Shown here in pieces: positions 11,936-23,487 of a DNA stretch of 64,000 nt; the stretch's first letter is position 1, and every line of letters begins with the position of its first letter. Source of the DNA: Synechococcus sp. (GTDB taxonomy: Bacteria; Cyanobacteriota; Cyanobacteriia; PCC-6307; Cyanobiaceae). Under the pieces are notes generated by a model that saw only the letters and a program-made list of their open reading frames with translations, was not told the DNA's origin and did no database searches. Made by a program: the position numbers and the translations under genes. The stretch is taken from contig JBJBDC010000001.1 in the NCBI GenBank assembly GCA_047285535.1, positions 224,136 to 288,135 of the forward strand, in the 5' to 3' direction.

Positions 11936-12343
11936 ATGGGTCCTAAGTTGCCCGGCTATTGGTTGATGACCTGGCTTGGACTGATCGGAAATCTGCTGGC
12001 TTTGCCAGTGATTGGCTTTGTTGCATTTAAGTCTGTCAGTCTTCAAGCTGCCACGATCAGCGTGGCCTTCTCTCTCGCATGGCCAGCGGCGATCGTTGGC
12101 ATTGTGGCCTCAGCGGGGTTGCTTGTACAGCGGAAATGGGGAGTCATTCTGGCCATCGTCGCGTTGTCGATGGCACTTGCTGGATCCCTGCCCTACGGAA
12201 TCGTCCGTCTTTCTTTGTTGGGGGTTGGGGGCGACAGGCAAGCACTTTGGCTTGGTTTGGCTTCGATTGTGTTGGGAGTGCTCAATGTGTTGGCTCTTCT
12301 CTATTGGTGCCGTCCTGGTCATCGTCGCGGTGGTCGCCTCTGA
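11936..12343 (+). CDS. integral membrane protein (about 4 TM)
   Basis: Four hydrophobic segments and a basic C-terminal tail. Confidence 0.7.
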   Translation: MGPKLPGYWLMTWLGLIGNLLALPVIGFVAFKSVSLQAATISVAFSLAWPAAIVGIVASAGLLVQRKWGVILAIVALSMALAGSLPYGIVRLSLLGVGGDRQALWLGLASIVLGVLNVLALLYWCRPGHRRGGRL

Positions 12344-12346
12344 GCG

Positions 12347-12994
12347 ATGGGCGCTCCCTTGGCCTCTCTCGCGGGGATTCAGGTTCGTCACTGGCATCCG
12401 AATTTTTTGATCGTGGAGAAGCCTTCTGGATTGCTCAGTCAGCCAGGTCTTGGTCCAATCAATCGCGATTCGTTGATTTCCCGTCTTCAGGCTGTGCAGC
12501 CTGAGCTAAAGCTTGTGCATCGACTTGACCGCGACACCTCCGGTCTTCTGATGTTGGCCAGGGATCAGAGAAGCCTGAAACAGCTCAGTGGATTGTTTGC
12601 AGATCGGATGGTTCACAAGTTGTATGCAGCCGATGTGCACGGTCATCCCAGGACAATCTCAGGAGCTGTGAGGTTGCGTTTGGCTCGCTTGTCCGCCCAC
12701 CCTCCTCGTTATGGCCCTAACCCTGATGGGCGGGCTTGCTTGACGCTGTGGCGTTGTGCGCAGATTGGATGCGATCGCTCACGCCTTTGGCTTGTCCCCA
12801 AGACGGGCCGCTCACATCAATTGAGAGCTCATTTGGCGGTGATTGGGTTGCCAGTGATTGGGGACAAAATTTATGCCCCTCCTGAGCTTGGTTCGACTCA
12901 AGAACGTCTTCACCTGCATGCGCTTGGCTTGAGTTTTGCTGATCCCTTCAGCAGCCAGCGCATTCGTGTCCGCTCTTCCTTGCCTTGGCTATAG
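12347..12994 (+). CDS. RluA-family pseudouridine synthase
   Basis: KPSGLLS, VHRLDRDTSG, TGRSHQLRAHL, GDKIY, LHLHA. Confidence 0.92.
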   Translation: MGAPLASLAGIQVRHWHPNFLIVEKPSGLLSQPGLGPINRDSLISRLQAVQPELKLVHRLDRDTSGLLMLARDQRSLKQLSGLFADRMVHKLYAADVHGHPRTISGAVRLRLARLSAHPPRYGPNPDGRACLTLWRCAQIGCDRSRLWLVPKTGRSHQLRAHLAVIGLPVIGDKIYAPPELGSTQERLHLHALGLSFADPFSSQRIRVRSSLPWL

Positions 12995-13002
12995 ATCCAT
13001 GA

Positions 13003-15111
13003 TTAGGCGCTGAAGCTTCGTTTCGCTGGAATTGGATAGGGAATCCGGCGGTGTCGCATGCGCCTCCATACGCGGACAAAGGCATGCATCACCAGCTCAA
13101 CTTCGGCACGACTCAGACTGCTTTGACTCAACTGACCATCGCTCAAACGTGCTTCCACAATTCGCTTGACCATGCTTTGTGCTTCGCTGTCACTGGTGTC
13201 AGGTGGCAGCGATCGCAAGGCGGCTTCGCAGCCATCGGCAAGCATCATGATTCCTGTTTCTTTGGATCGAGGTGTGGGACCTCGGTAGCGAAACAAGCTT
13301 TCTGATACCGATGGATCTTTTTGCTGGGCTTGATGCAGAAAGAACCCCATACGCAAAGTTCCTTGATGCTCAGGAATGAAGTCTGCGATCGGCCGCGGCA
13401 ATCGATAGCGCCTGGCCAGTTTGAGCCCCTCGTCCACATGGGCTTGAAGGACACCGGCACTGGCAATGGGGTCGTTCAGCTTGGTGTGTGGATTCTCCTG
13501 GCCGGTTTGATTCTCAATGAACCAATCTGGGGCATGGAGTTTGCCTACATCGTGATATAGAGAACCTGTACGGATGAGATCCACATCCGCCTGGATGGCT
13601 CGGGCGCCCTCTTCTGCCAGTCCGCAGATCATCAGCGTATGTTCAAAAGTCCCAGGTGCTTCTGATGACAATCGGCGAAGCAGGGGTCGTTCTTGATCAG
13701 CTAGCTCCATAAGGCGGGCTCGTGTCAGCAGGCCGAACGAGTTCTCGAGTAAAGGAATCAGCAAGATCGTGAGCATCAGCATCAGCCCCATCAGCAAGGC
13801 CTCTGAAGCCAGCTCTCCGGTATCGGGCGTGAGCCTTGTCCAAGACGACATATTGATGGCTTCAAATAATGGCTGGCGCAAAATCAGCAGCTCGGCGATT
13901 AAGGCTCCCAAGGGCAGCAAAACAGCAAGTTGCAACAACTGAGCTCTGCTCCGTAAGCGTCCAGCCTGAATGGCCGCGAGGGCCCCGACTAAAGCCGTGA
14001 TGAGCAATCGACCTTCCCCAAGGCCACTCACTGGTGTGGGCCAAATCAGACAGCTCACCCCCAGCCAGGCCAGGCCACTGGTGGTTCCCAGACCTTGAGC
14101 AATTAACAGAGTAGGTGGCACGATCACGGCGAGAGGGCTGACGATTGCACCAAACCAGATCTTGCTGAATTGGCTGATCAACAACAGACCGATCGCTAGA
14201 AATCCATGGGAGGCCTCAAGGCAAGGCCTTTCCCGCTTCATCACTAGAAGCATCACTCCGCAACTCGCGAGAGCTTCTGTGAAACGCATCAACCAGATTC
14301 CCAGTTTTGGGCTGCGATTGATCAAGCCAAAGAAATCGAGCACGTCGTAGGCCTGAGAGCTGATTGGTTCGCCTTTACGGGTGATTAGATCTCCTTGGCT
14401 CACTTCAATGGTTGGAATCCCTTGCTTGGTGATCAGCTCTTCAATCATCCGCTGACTGCGCATCGGATCGGTCTTCAGATTGCTGCTTCCTTGCAACGTT
14501 GTGGTGAGGATTTTGCTCCCCAGGGTTCTGGCTGGAGCGTTGATGGTCCCAAGTGATTCGAGCTGCAGTGATGAAGCTTGTCTGAGTTGTTCAATCGCCA
14601 GAGTGTTGACGAGTCCTTGGCTCAGCATGCGATCTGCAGCCCTGCGGATCGCCATGTCCCAGTCTTTTTGTTCCCTCTGAGATCGTTGTTCCAGCCAAAA
14701 TTGCTCCTCTGTGCTCAGATTTACGGGTCCTATGCGATCGATATCCGAGCTTCTGGCCACTCTTTCCAACTCTGCGAGATGACGCTCAAGCCTCAGCTTT
14801 AGGAGGTTTGATTGCTGAGAATCAACAACCTTGACCAGGGTGTTCGGCATCAAGCGGGAGCGTCTTTGTTCGAGCGCCTCGCTGTCTACGACTCGCGCTG
14901 CCTTGGGAGCAATCGAATCAAACGGTGCCGGAATTCCTGGTCGCAAGTCGGGCTCCACCAGCCAAGGCCAGCTCGATACCAGTGCCACAGCAATGCAGAC
15001 GAGCAACAACCCGACCTTTTGCAGGCGGTTCCATCGCAGCACCGGTCTTCGCGGTGACTCACTCCGCAACCAGCTTCTCCAGAGCTGGGCCAGACGATGA
15101 GATCGGAACAC
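13003..15111 (-). CDS. 7TM-HD phosphohydrolase (PgpH/YqfF-like, probable c-di-AMP phosphodiesterase)
   Basis: Extracellular domain, multi-TM block, [35 protein letters not shown]. Confidence 0.85.
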   Translation of the reverse strand: MFRSHRLAQLWRSWLRSESPRRPVLRWNRLQKVGLLLVCIAVALVSSWPWLVEPDLRPGIPAPFDSIAPKAARVVDSEALEQRRSRLMPNTLVKVVDSQQSNLLKLRLERHLAELERVARSSDIDRIGPVNLSTEEQFWLEQRSQREQKDWDMAIRRAADRMLSQGLVNTLAIEQLRQASSLQLESLGTINAPARTLGSKILTTTLQGSSNLKTDPMRSQRMIEELITKQGIPTIEVSQGDLITRKGEPISSQAYDVLDFFGLINRSPKLGIWLMRFTEALASCGVMLLVMKRERPCLEASHGFLAIGLLLISQFSKIWFGAIVSPLAVIVPPTLLIAQGLGTTSGLAWLGVSCLIWPTPVSGLGEGRLLITALVGALAAIQAGRLRSRAQLLQLAVLLPLGALIAELLILRQPLFEAINMSSWTRLTPDTGELASEALLMGLMLMLTILLIPLLENSFGLLTRARLMELADQERPLLRRLSSEAPGTFEHTLMICGLAEEGARAIQADVDLIRTGSLYHDVGKLHAPDWFIENQTGQENPHTKLNDPIASAGVLQAHVDEGLKLARRYRLPRPIADFIPEHQGTLRMGFFLHQAQQKDPSVSESLFRYRGPTPRSKETGIMMLADGCEAALRSLPPDTSDSEAQSMVKRIVEARLSDGQLSQSSLSRAEVELVMHAFVRVWRRMRHRRIPYPIPAKRSFSA

Positions 15112-15182
15112 AGCGGCTGATAACCAGTTACAACGCTAGCTCCGCTGAGGAAGCATGCTGGGATGAGAGTCAACTGACCCCG

Positions 15183-16064
15183 ATGGCCCTCAGGCTGGAT
15201 GGAAAGCAGCTCGCTGCGCAGCTTGAAGTGCGTTTGCAGCAACAAATTCAAAATGGCCTAGCGGCAGCAGGACGGCCACCCGGCCTGGCAGTACTCCGAA
15301 TAGGAGATGATCCCGCTAGCGCGGTCTATGTGCGCAATAAGAAAAAAGCCTGTGCACGTATTGGAGTGAAGAGCTTTGGGGCCCATCTCCCTGCCGATGC
15401 ATCAGAGCAAGAGGTGTTAAAGGCCATTCGTGCGTTCAATGCTGATGAGCGTGTAGATGGAATCCTTCTCCAACTGCCGCTTCCTGAGGGTTTGGACGAA
15501 ACCTCATTGCTTGCCGAAATTGATCCAAATAAGGACGCAGATGGACTACACACTTTGAATCTCGGACGCCTATTGAAGGGTGAACAGGGGCCACGAAGCT
15601 GTACACCGGCAGGTGTGATGGTCATGCTTCGCGATCAGGGCATCGATCCGGCAGGTAAGCGTGCTGTGGTTGTGGGTCGCAGCATCTTGGTGGGTCAGCC
15701 CATGGCCCTCATGCTTCAGGCTGCGAATGCCACTGTGACGGTGGCTCATTCCCGCACGCAAAATTTAGACTTCATTACCCGTCAGGCAGACATTTTGGTC
15801 GTCGCTGCAGGCCGCCCCGAAATGATTGGTGCAGGCCATGTCTCTCCCGGTTGTGTTGTTGTTGATGTGGGAATTCATCGGCGTCCTGAGGGTGGGCTTT
15901 GCGGTGATGTTCGAGCTGCTGAACTCGAACCGATCGCCGATGCTCTTTCTCCGGTTCCTGGAGGGGTTGGCCCCATGACCGTCACCATGCTCTTGGTTAA
16001 TACTGTGGTGGCTTGGTGTCGAGGCCATCAGGTTGCTTTGGAATTGATCGATTTAGTGGTTTGA
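15183..16064 (+). CDS. folD: methylenetetrahydrofolate dehydrogenase/cyclohydrolase
   Basis: [46 protein letters not shown]. Confidence 0.95.
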   Translation: MALRLDGKQLAAQLEVRLQQQIQNGLAAAGRPPGLAVLRIGDDPASAVYVRNKKKACARIGVKSFGAHLPADASEQEVLKAIRAFNADERVDGILLQLPLPEGLDETSLLAEIDPNKDADGLHTLNLGRLLKGEQGPRSCTPAGVMVMLRDQGIDPAGKRAVVVGRSILVGQPMALMLQAANATVTVAHSRTQNLDFITRQADILVVAAGRPEMIGAGHVSPGCVVVDVGIHRRPEGGLCGDVRAAELEPIADALSPVPGGVGPMTVTMLLVNTVVAWCRGHQVALELIDLVV

Positions 16065-16087
16065 ATCCCGCGGCCTGACAGAATTAA

Positions 16088-17044
<957 letters not shown>

Positions 17045-17046
17045 TC

Positions 17047-17553
17047 ATGGAGTTCTCAACGCTGTCCATGACAGCTCAGATTCTTGATAATGCTGTTCTG
17101 GCCTGGGGATTGCTGGCCTGTGGTTTGGCACAGCTCTCCAAGTTGTTTCTGGAGTTGTTGTTGAATCGGCGCTGGAGACCGTCGGTCCTTGTTGAGACAG
17201 GCGGTATGCCTTCCAGTCATTCAGCATTAGTGACTGCTACCGCAGCTGGAGTGGGTTGGCAAATGGGCTTTAATCAGCCAGCTTTCGCGCTTGCTGTCAC
17301 GGTTGCTTTTGTGGTGATGTATGACGCGAGTGGTGTGCGCCGTGCTGCAGGCTTCACGGCAACCCGCGTGAATCAATTGCCCGATTCGCTTTGGGACCCC
17401 TCCCCTGATAAGCCGCTCAAAGAGCGACTTGGTCATACCCGATTGGAAGTGTTGGTCGGCAGTTTGTTTGGACCGTTCATCGCACTCCTAGGGCTCTCAT
17501 TTCTGGGCTCGCCGTTGCATTTGGCTCAGACTCTGGGTGTGTTCAACGGGTGA
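17047..17553 (+). CDS. divergent PAP2 family protein (DUF212)
   Basis: TGGMPSSHSA, VMYDASGVRR, LKERLGHT. Confidence 0.88.
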   Translation: MEFSTLSMTAQILDNAVLAWGLLACGLAQLSKLFLELLLNRRWRPSVLVETGGMPSSHSALVTATAAGVGWQMGFNQPAFALAVTVAFVVMYDASGVRRAAGFTATRVNQLPDSLWDPSPDKPLKERLGHTRLEVLVGSLFGPFIALLGLSFLGSPLHLAQTLGVFNG

Positions 17554-19022
17554 ACAAGCTCAAGCCTTCAGAGGCAACGCTCACGGATGATCAGCTCTCA
17601 GCCGCTCAGCGGTTTGAAACTTGGTTATTGGAGGAAGACGCAGGTGTTCCGTTTGTCTTGAGCGGTTATGCCGGGAGTGGCAAGACCTTCCTCTCCATGC
17701 GGTTGTTGCGTCAAGTAGAGGCCACAGGATTGTGTTGGACTGTGGTGGCACCCACTCATAAAGCAGTCGGTGTATTGCGTCATGCCCTTGATTTTGAAGG
17801 GCTGCATCCCACCTGGTATCCCTCCACCATCCATCGACTGTTGCGACTCAAGTTGCGTCGACAAGGGGATCGAGAGTTATGTGAATCCACAGAACAGACT
17901 GCCGTCTCTCTTGAGCATCTCGGCCTTGTCTTGGTCGACGAGTCCTCGATGGTTGATAGCTCTCTCCTCTCCATTGCACTTCAGTGTGCGCATGCCTTTC
18001 AAACACGGCTTGTTTTTGTTGGAGACCCAGCTCAGCTCCCTCCGATCGGAGAAGCAGAAAGTCCTGTTTTTTCAATGAAGCGAGCAATCACAGCCTCCCT
18101 AAGGCAGGTGGTTCGTCATCAAGGTCCTGTCCTGCAACTTGCGAGCTGCCTGCGTGATGGAAGCCTGCCCTGCGAGCGTCCTCCTTTAATACCACCGCTT
18201 CGCACCAACTTAGGTCAGGTTGGTGTGCTCACTCCCTCTGCCTGGCTCAATCAGGCACAAGACGGCTTGCGCCGAGCTGCTGCCTGCGACAACCCCGATG
18301 CCGCTCGGATTCTTTGCTACACCAACCGTACCCTTGACAAGCTGGTGCCCCATGCTCGCCGAGCGATTCATGGCGCTATGGCGGATCAGATGGCTGTTCT
18401 GCCTGGTGAAGTGTTGATCAGTCGGACGGCGGTCATGGCGCCTTCATCGCGCGATGGCGCAGAAACGGGGGAAGACCCCGATCTAGTGCTTGGTTCTAAT
18501 CGTGAAGTGGTTGTGGAGGATGTCACCCCTGAACAATGTGATCTTTCTGAATTCGGGTTCTCGGGGGAGGCACAGATGGCCTTGTCTGGTTTCGAGGCAC
18601 CTGTCATCGAGACCGTGATGGCCAGGGTGCGGTGTGGAGAGCTGGAACTCAGCTTGCGCTTGCAGCCGCCTGCAGGGAGTGTTGCCCGTCAACGTCTTGA
18701 TGGGGTGCTTCAGGGTCTTCGCAACCAGGCCAGGGATGCGGGTAAACGTGGAGGTCGTGCTCTGTGGCGCCGTTATTTTTTGATTCGTGATGCTTTTGCC
18801 TCCCTAGGCCCAGCTGCTGTACTCACGGTTCATCGCAGTCAAGGCAGCAGTTTTGGAGAGGTGTTTGTGTCAGATGACGTGTTCTGGCCGCAGGACCTTG
18901 TTCTACGGCGGCAATTAGCGTACGTCGCTGTTAGCAGGGCTCAAGAGGCAGTCTGGATGTCCGGCAGGTCGTCTTCGGCTCAAGCGGGCGAACGTTGGTC
19001 GCGAGCGCTTAGATCAGAGTGA
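17550..19022 (+). CDS. RecD/Dda-like SF1 helicase/ATPase
   Basis: GYAGSGKT, APTHKA, TIHRLL, DESSM, GDPAQLPP, TVHRSQGS, YVAVSRA. Confidence 0.88.
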   Translation: MNKLKPSEATLTDDQLSAAQRFETWLLEEDAGVPFVLSGYAGSGKTFLSMRLLRQVEATGLCWTVVAPTHKAVGVLRHALDFEGLHPTWYPSTIHRLLRLKLRRQGDRELCESTEQTAVSLEHLGLVLVDESSMVDSSLLSIALQCAHAFQTRLVFVGDPAQLPPIGEAESPVFSMKRAITASLRQVVRHQGPVLQLASCLRDGSLPCERPPLIPPLRTNLGQVGVLTPSAWLNQAQDGLRRAAACDNPDAARILCYTNRTLDKLVPHARRAIHGAMADQMAVLPGEVLISRTAVMAPSSRDGAETGEDPDLVLGSNREVVVEDVTPEQCDLSEFGFSGEAQMALSGFEAPVIETVMARVRCGELELSLRLQPPAGSVARQRLDGVLQGLRNQARDAGKRGGRALWRRYFLIRDAFASLGPAAVLTVHRSQGSSFGEVFVSDDVFWPQDLVLRRQLAYVAVSRAQEAVWMSGRSSSAQAGERWSRALRSE

Positions 19023-19695
19023 GCCCGCTCATTCCTTGCCATCCGAGATAGCTTCCGAGTCCAATACTGATGATTGCTACGACGAGCTCTCCTCGAGCAA
19101 AGAGCACTTGTTTGCCTCGTTCTAAGAGTGGCAAAACCTTTTGGCGACCTACTAAGACTGCAATTAGGGGCGTGATCAGCAACAGGCTCGCACCGATGGT
19201 GAAGGCCAGCAGACCGATGAGTTCTTGCCAGGTGGGCAGCTGAGCTGCCAAAACAACCCCGGCGGATTTGGCAAAGAGCACCAAATCATCTGGACTTGCA
19301 ATTTCTCCCACCGCTCCAAATAACAACAGTAAAGGGAGCGGCATGGCAACAAATCGATCCACGCCACTGGTCCATGCTGGGGGAGCATCTCCATCGGTGA
19401 AGGAGCGCAGCAATTCCCTGACGCCAATCGCAATCAAGGCCCCACCCGCGAGAAGATCCAGACCAGTGCGGTGATGGGAGCCATGCGTCATATCCAGCAC
19501 TAGTGCATGTCCCACAGTCACCAAAAGAGCTGATGTTGCCATGGTCGTCACGACCCAGCCCACCACGAACCAGCCTCCGCGATGCAACGGTTGAGGACCG
19601 AGTAAGAGCAGCAGCAACACGGCGAGGTGGATCGGGGACAGACCGATTCCAGTGCCATAAGCGAGCAGTTCAGCCCAGAGCTTGGTGTCGCTCAT
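19009..19695 (-). CDS. GAP/Sap (SfLAP)-family membrane protein
   Basis: About 6 TM, GIGLSP.., PPAW motif. Confidence 0.7.
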   Translation of the reverse strand: MSDTKLWAELLAYGTGIGLSPIHLAVLLLLLLGPQPLHRGGWFVVGWVVTTMATSALLVTVGHALVLDMTHGSHHRTGLDLLAGGALIAIGVRELLRSFTDGDAPPAWTSGVDRFVAMPLPLLLLFGAVGEIASPDDLVLFAKSAGVVLAAQLPTWQELIGLLAFTIGASLLLITPLIAVLVGRQKVLPLLERGKQVLFARGELVVAIISIGLGSYLGWQGMSGLTLI

Positions 19696-19756
19696 CTTGC
19701 GTAGAGAAACAAAGTTTCAAAGGTGATGTTATGGGGGCTCGAGTTCAAATCATTGT

Positions 19757-20350
19757 CTAAACACACGCATTGGTTGGGGCATTCCAACGGGCGATCGCGC
19801 GTTGCTCTCGCTCGAAGCCCAAGATGGAGATGCTTCCTGTTCCCAATTTGAACAGACGGCCGCCAGCAGCACCGAGTCCAAGCCAGGTGCCTGTCAGGGC
19901 ACGGAGCAAGTGTCCATGGGCAAATAGGGCAACATCACCTTCCCCGGGCTCGGCAAGGGCAATTTCGATTGCTTTCTCGCAGCGTTGTTCCACACCGTTG
20001 GCATCCTCGCCATGGGGGCAACCATGGCTCCAGACGGTCCAGTTCGGAATGGTGTTGCGAATTTCGAGGGTTGTGATTCCTTCGTAATCGCCGTAATCCC
20101 ATTCCCGCAGCGCATCCATGATTTGCATTTGTTCTCCAAGACCACCCAGCTGACAAGTTCGTTTTGCCCGCTGAAGCGGCGAACTAAAAACAGCCGCAAA
20201 CCGATGTGATGTGAGTGCAGGTCTAAGCCGTTGTGCTTCCTCTTCGCCCTCAGGCAGCAAAGGAAGATCGGTGTTCCCGGTATGACGCCCGTTTTTGGCC
20301 CATTCAGTAGCTCCGTGTCGCAGCAACCAGAGCTGTCGTTCGTTGCCCAT
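19757..20350 (-). CDS. histidine phosphatase (phosphoglycerate mutase family)
   Basis: LLRHGATEW, SSPLQRA, EWDYGDYEG, AHGH. Confidence 0.9.
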   Translation of the reverse strand: MGNERQLWLLRHGATEWAKNGRHTGNTDLPLLPEGEEEAQRLRPALTSHRFAAVFSSPLQRAKRTCQLGGLGEQMQIMDALREWDYGDYEGITTLEIRNTIPNWTVWSHGCPHGEDANGVEQRCEKAIEIALAEPGEGDVALFAHGHLLRALTGTWLGLGAAGGRLFKLGTGSISILGFEREQRAIARWNAPTNACV

Positions 20351-20424
20351 GATGTGGATCAGTCGCCTGTGAATGGGTTCGTTGTTTTGTAAATAGCCAA
20401 GGATTTGAAATGAGCGGCAAGCTG

Positions 20425-20727
20425 TTAAGGCCGAATGTCAAACCAATCATTCCCAGTGACTGGCAACTTAGAGAGAAGGACCCTCTGGACGCTTGCGGCG
20501 GTTGGACCACGTTCACACCACAGACGAAATTCGTTCAGGGCCTGCTCATCGCCTTCGGCCTGAACTTCCACTCTGCCGTTACTGAGGTTTCGAACCCAGC
20601 CGCAAAGACCCAGTTCGAGTGCTCGTCGTCGGCAGCTGTTTCTGAATCCCACCCCTTGAACGCTGCCTTCGATAAGAAAGCGCCATCGTTCTTTCAGTGA
20701 CTGATGTCGCTGACGTGTGTTCTTCAT
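20425..20727 (-). CDS. acyP: acylphosphatase
   Basis: GSVQGVGFR, GWVRN, VEVQAEG, GP..A.V; ATG overlaps the cobB TGA (ATGA). Confidence 0.9.
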   Translation of the reverse strand: MKNTRQRHQSLKERWRFLIEGSVQGVGFRNSCRRRALELGLCGWVRNLSNGRVEVQAEGDEQALNEFRLWCERGPTAASVQRVLLSKLPVTGNDWFDIRP

Positions 20728-22112
20728 GAATCGGCCGCGATCTGAGTCGCCACGTTTTCGAGAGCTGCGCGCCATCGGCATGAGATCGTCGAAGAGCTGG
20801 CCCAGTGAAGATGCACCCAGCTTGCGTGAACGGTCGGAAGTGCCCATCCTTCGTTTCTTTGATCGACATGCCAGCCTTCAACCTGCCATAGCGGTTGCCA
20901 TCTGCCCACGGGCTCCTCGCTGAGTTCCCAGCGGTGAAATTCATGCCCCATCCAGTGGTCACCTGCCCTTAACAGCAAACTATCTTGGGTGGCTGTCAAA
21001 CGGCGATACCCCACTTGCAAGGTGCCGCGTCGAGCATGAAAAGGCAGGATGCCTGCCATCTGATGGGTCTGTCCTTCCCCATCCATAAGGCTGCTCCCCA
21101 GCATCAACATCCCACCACACTCGGCATAGAGCGGTTTGCGTTGCAGCCAGTCGGTGAGGCTTGAGAAGCTTCTTTGACAGTGGCTTAGTTCCTCGGCGTG
21201 TAGTTCGGGAAAGCCTCCAGGGATCACAAGCCCAAAGGCCGACTTCGGCAATGGCTCGTCTTCGAGGGGGTGCCAAGGGATGACCGGCATGCCAAGGGCC
21301 TCAAGGCAATCCTGCATCTCTGGATAGCGGAAATGAAAGGCCTTGTCTTGAGCCACGGCGACGGGAAGTGGTCTGCAATGTTTGGTGTGTGCTGGGGCGT
21401 CTGCCATTACGGTTTTGATTGGTTCTGGACCGAGAGTCGGGGCTGTCATTAATCGCTTAAAAACCTCCATCTCAAGATGTTGATCAGCGATCGCTGCCCA
21501 TTGCCCCAGGCGAATGTGCAGTTGATCGAGTTCGTGGGCCGGCGCTAATCCCAAATGTCGACTAGGAAGTTTCAGGCTTGGATCCAGTGGTAAACAGCCC
21601 AGGCAAGGCACCTCAATGGTGCTCAAAACTTCTTTGAGAAGCAGGCGATGACGATCACTGCTCACTCGGTTGAGCACCACTCCTGCGAGTTGAACTGCAG
21701 GATCAAGATCACGAAATCCGCTCACGAGGGCGGCGAGGGATCGTGCCTGGCCGCCTGCATCCACGACCAAGACCACTGGCAAATGAAGCTGTCGTGCTAC
21801 TGCTGCGGTACTTCCTTCTCCACTCGAGCCAATCCCATCAAACAGCCCCATCACGCCCTCTACTAGGGCTAAATCACAGAGACCTCCATATCCATGGAAG
21901 CTGGTTTTGACCCAGTGCGGACCACATAATGGGAGATCAAGGTTGCGGCAAGGTTGCCCTGAGGTCGCCCCTAGGATTTGAGGGTCGAGGTAATCAGGCC
22001 CCACTTTGAAGGTTTGAAGACTCAATCCTTTTTGCTGCGCCCAGGCGATCAAGCTGATGCTGAGCAGAGTTTTGCCGCTGCCACTGGATGGAGCAGCGAT
22101 CACACAGGCCAT
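20724..22112 (-). CDS. cobB: cobyrinate a,c-diamide synthase
   Basis: SGSGKT, FKVGPDYLDP, EGVMGLFDG, LPSRHLGL, GGFPE, YAECGG, GHEFH. Confidence 0.93.
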   Translation of the reverse strand: MACVIAAPSSGSGKTLLSISLIAWAQQKGLSLQTFKVGPDYLDPQILGATSGQPCRNLDLPLCGPHWVKTSFHGYGGLCDLALVEGVMGLFDGIGSSGEGSTAAVARQLHLPVVLVVDAGGQARSLAALVSGFRDLDPAVQLAGVVLNRVSSDRHRLLLKEVLSTIEVPCLGCLPLDPSLKLPSRHLGLAPAHELDQLHIRLGQWAAIADQHLEMEVFKRLMTAPTLGPEPIKTVMADAPAHTKHCRPLPVAVAQDKAFHFRYPEMQDCLEALGMPVIPWHPLEDEPLPKSAFGLVIPGGFPELHAEELSHCQRSFSSLTDWLQRKPLYAECGGMLMLGSSLMDGEGQTHQMAGILPFHARRGTLQVGYRRLTATQDSLLLRAGDHWMGHEFHRWELSEEPVGRWQPLWQVEGWHVDQRNEGWALPTVHASWVHLHWASSSTISCRWRAALENVATQIAADS

Positions 22113-22128
22113 GCCGCTCAGCTGGAAA

Positions 22129-23439
22129 TCAACTCAGAAGCTTGGCAGCCAGAGGGGCAGCTGCGGCTAAAAGCGGGTTTGAGGAATCATGACCACCCTC
22201 AAGCAGGCGAGCCATGTCGGCCTCAACATGACTGTGTAAAAGGGGTACCACTTCTTCGACCAGTTCCATGCTGGCCATGCCACCTGCTTCGAGGCGCATG
22301 CACCCGCCTGATTCAGCGCAGAGAATCACACACATCGCCCCTCCCTGTTGAGGTTTGCAAATCATTCGTAGCCCTACGATTTGTCCTGGGTGGATGCTCG
22401 GTTGTCCCACTGGCACCGGAGATACCCGTAAGGGCACAGTCGTCCCATCAGGACGTTCAAAAACAGCGCTGATGCTGGTCTCGCTTTGATGGGACTCGCC
22501 GTTATTGACATCGTGCTGATGAGTCTCCTGAAGCCTCCACCCCAGGCGATCGGCAATCCAAGAGGCCAACAAAAGGCCCTGTACAGGATGATCTCCCTCG
22601 ACATCGATATCGAGTTGCACCACATGGCCCAAGGCATCACGCCGATGAGGTGGATCAAAAACCATCGCCAACGTTTGATGCCAGCTACCCAATCGCAACC
22701 AGTTGAGGTCATTCACCGCTTGACCTGCTCCGAGCCTCTTGGCCAGCAGGTTTAAGCAGTAGATAGGATCTCCAAGAGCGGAATCGAGAATCAGCCTGCG
22801 AGGGGCGACAGCAAGCTCTTCCAGTAGCTCAGGGAACTCATCGAGTGGCCCGTTCCACCAGACCCAGGATGGGAGTTCCTCCGGGAGCAGAGGCTGCAGG
22901 GTTTTCAGTCCTTCTTGCAGGGCTGCTGTGCCGCCGCGAAGCACTACTACATCTCCGCAGGCCACCGTGCCACCGCCTTCTTCTGGTAGCGGACAATAAG
23001 CGGCTACCAGGGTTTCTAATGAGCGGGTTGAATCCAGGCTTGGTGCCAGGGTGATCAAGCGTCGAGGCCTGAGCGCGCTTAAAGCAGCGTCTACGTGTTG
23101 ACCCCGCAAGTCATCACTTGTGTCATTCCCCTCGATTTTGGACAGGCTGTCTGACACGGACCTGCCAAGGGGAGGGGTGCTTAGGGGTAGATCAAGGTCT
23201 AGGACGGCTTGCCTTCCAGCCTCTTCAACCTCATCTCGCTGAACGCCCATGATCGGACCTTGGACTTTTCCCGTGCGGATGAGCTGCTGTTCCACCCAAG
23301 CTGGCTGCCAGATCAACAGACAAAACGTGTGAGCACCGATGCTGTCGCCTTGATCGCGGGACCACAACTGATCAAGATAATGAGGAACTTCCGATGGGGG
23401 TAGCTCGAGGGGCGTTTGAAGCGTTAGCTGAGGAGACAT
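22129..23439 (-). CDS. opcA: glucose-6-phosphate dehydrogenase assembly protein OpcA
   Basis: Directly downstream of zwf; AYCP, WVWW, DLNWLRL..W, SWIADRLGW. Confidence 0.9.
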   Translation of the reverse strand: MSPQLTLQTPLELPPSEVPHYLDQLWSRDQGDSIGAHTFCLLIWQPAWVEQQLIRTGKVQGPIMGVQRDEVEEAGRQAVLDLDLPLSTPPLGRSVSDSLSKIEGNDTSDDLRGQHVDAALSALRPRRLITLAPSLDSTRSLETLVAAYCPLPEEGGGTVACGDVVVLRGGTAALQEGLKTLQPLLPEELPSWVWWNGPLDEFPELLEELAVAPRRLILDSALGDPIYCLNLLAKRLGAGQAVNDLNWLRLGSWHQTLAMVFDPPHRRDALGHVVQLDIDVEGDHPVQGLLLASWIADRLGWRLQETHQHDVNNGESHQSETSISAVFERPDGTTVPLRVSPVPVGQPSIHPGQIVGLRMICKPQQGGAMCVILCAESGGCMRLEAGGMASMELVEEVVPLLHSHVEADMARLLEGGHDSSNPLLAAAAPLAAKLLS

Positions 23440-23487
23440 GCTGCGGCCAGAGGGAGGGCTTGTTAGAAGTGGTTGGGATTTTTCTGT

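Noticed and set aside
14925..15182. Long N-terminal extension of folD in the ORF track
   Set aside because: Overlaps the divergent HD gene; FolD homology begins at ATG 15183
20728..20847. Extended acyP overlapping cobB
   Set aside because: The ATGA stop/start overlap at 20724-20727 explains the junction
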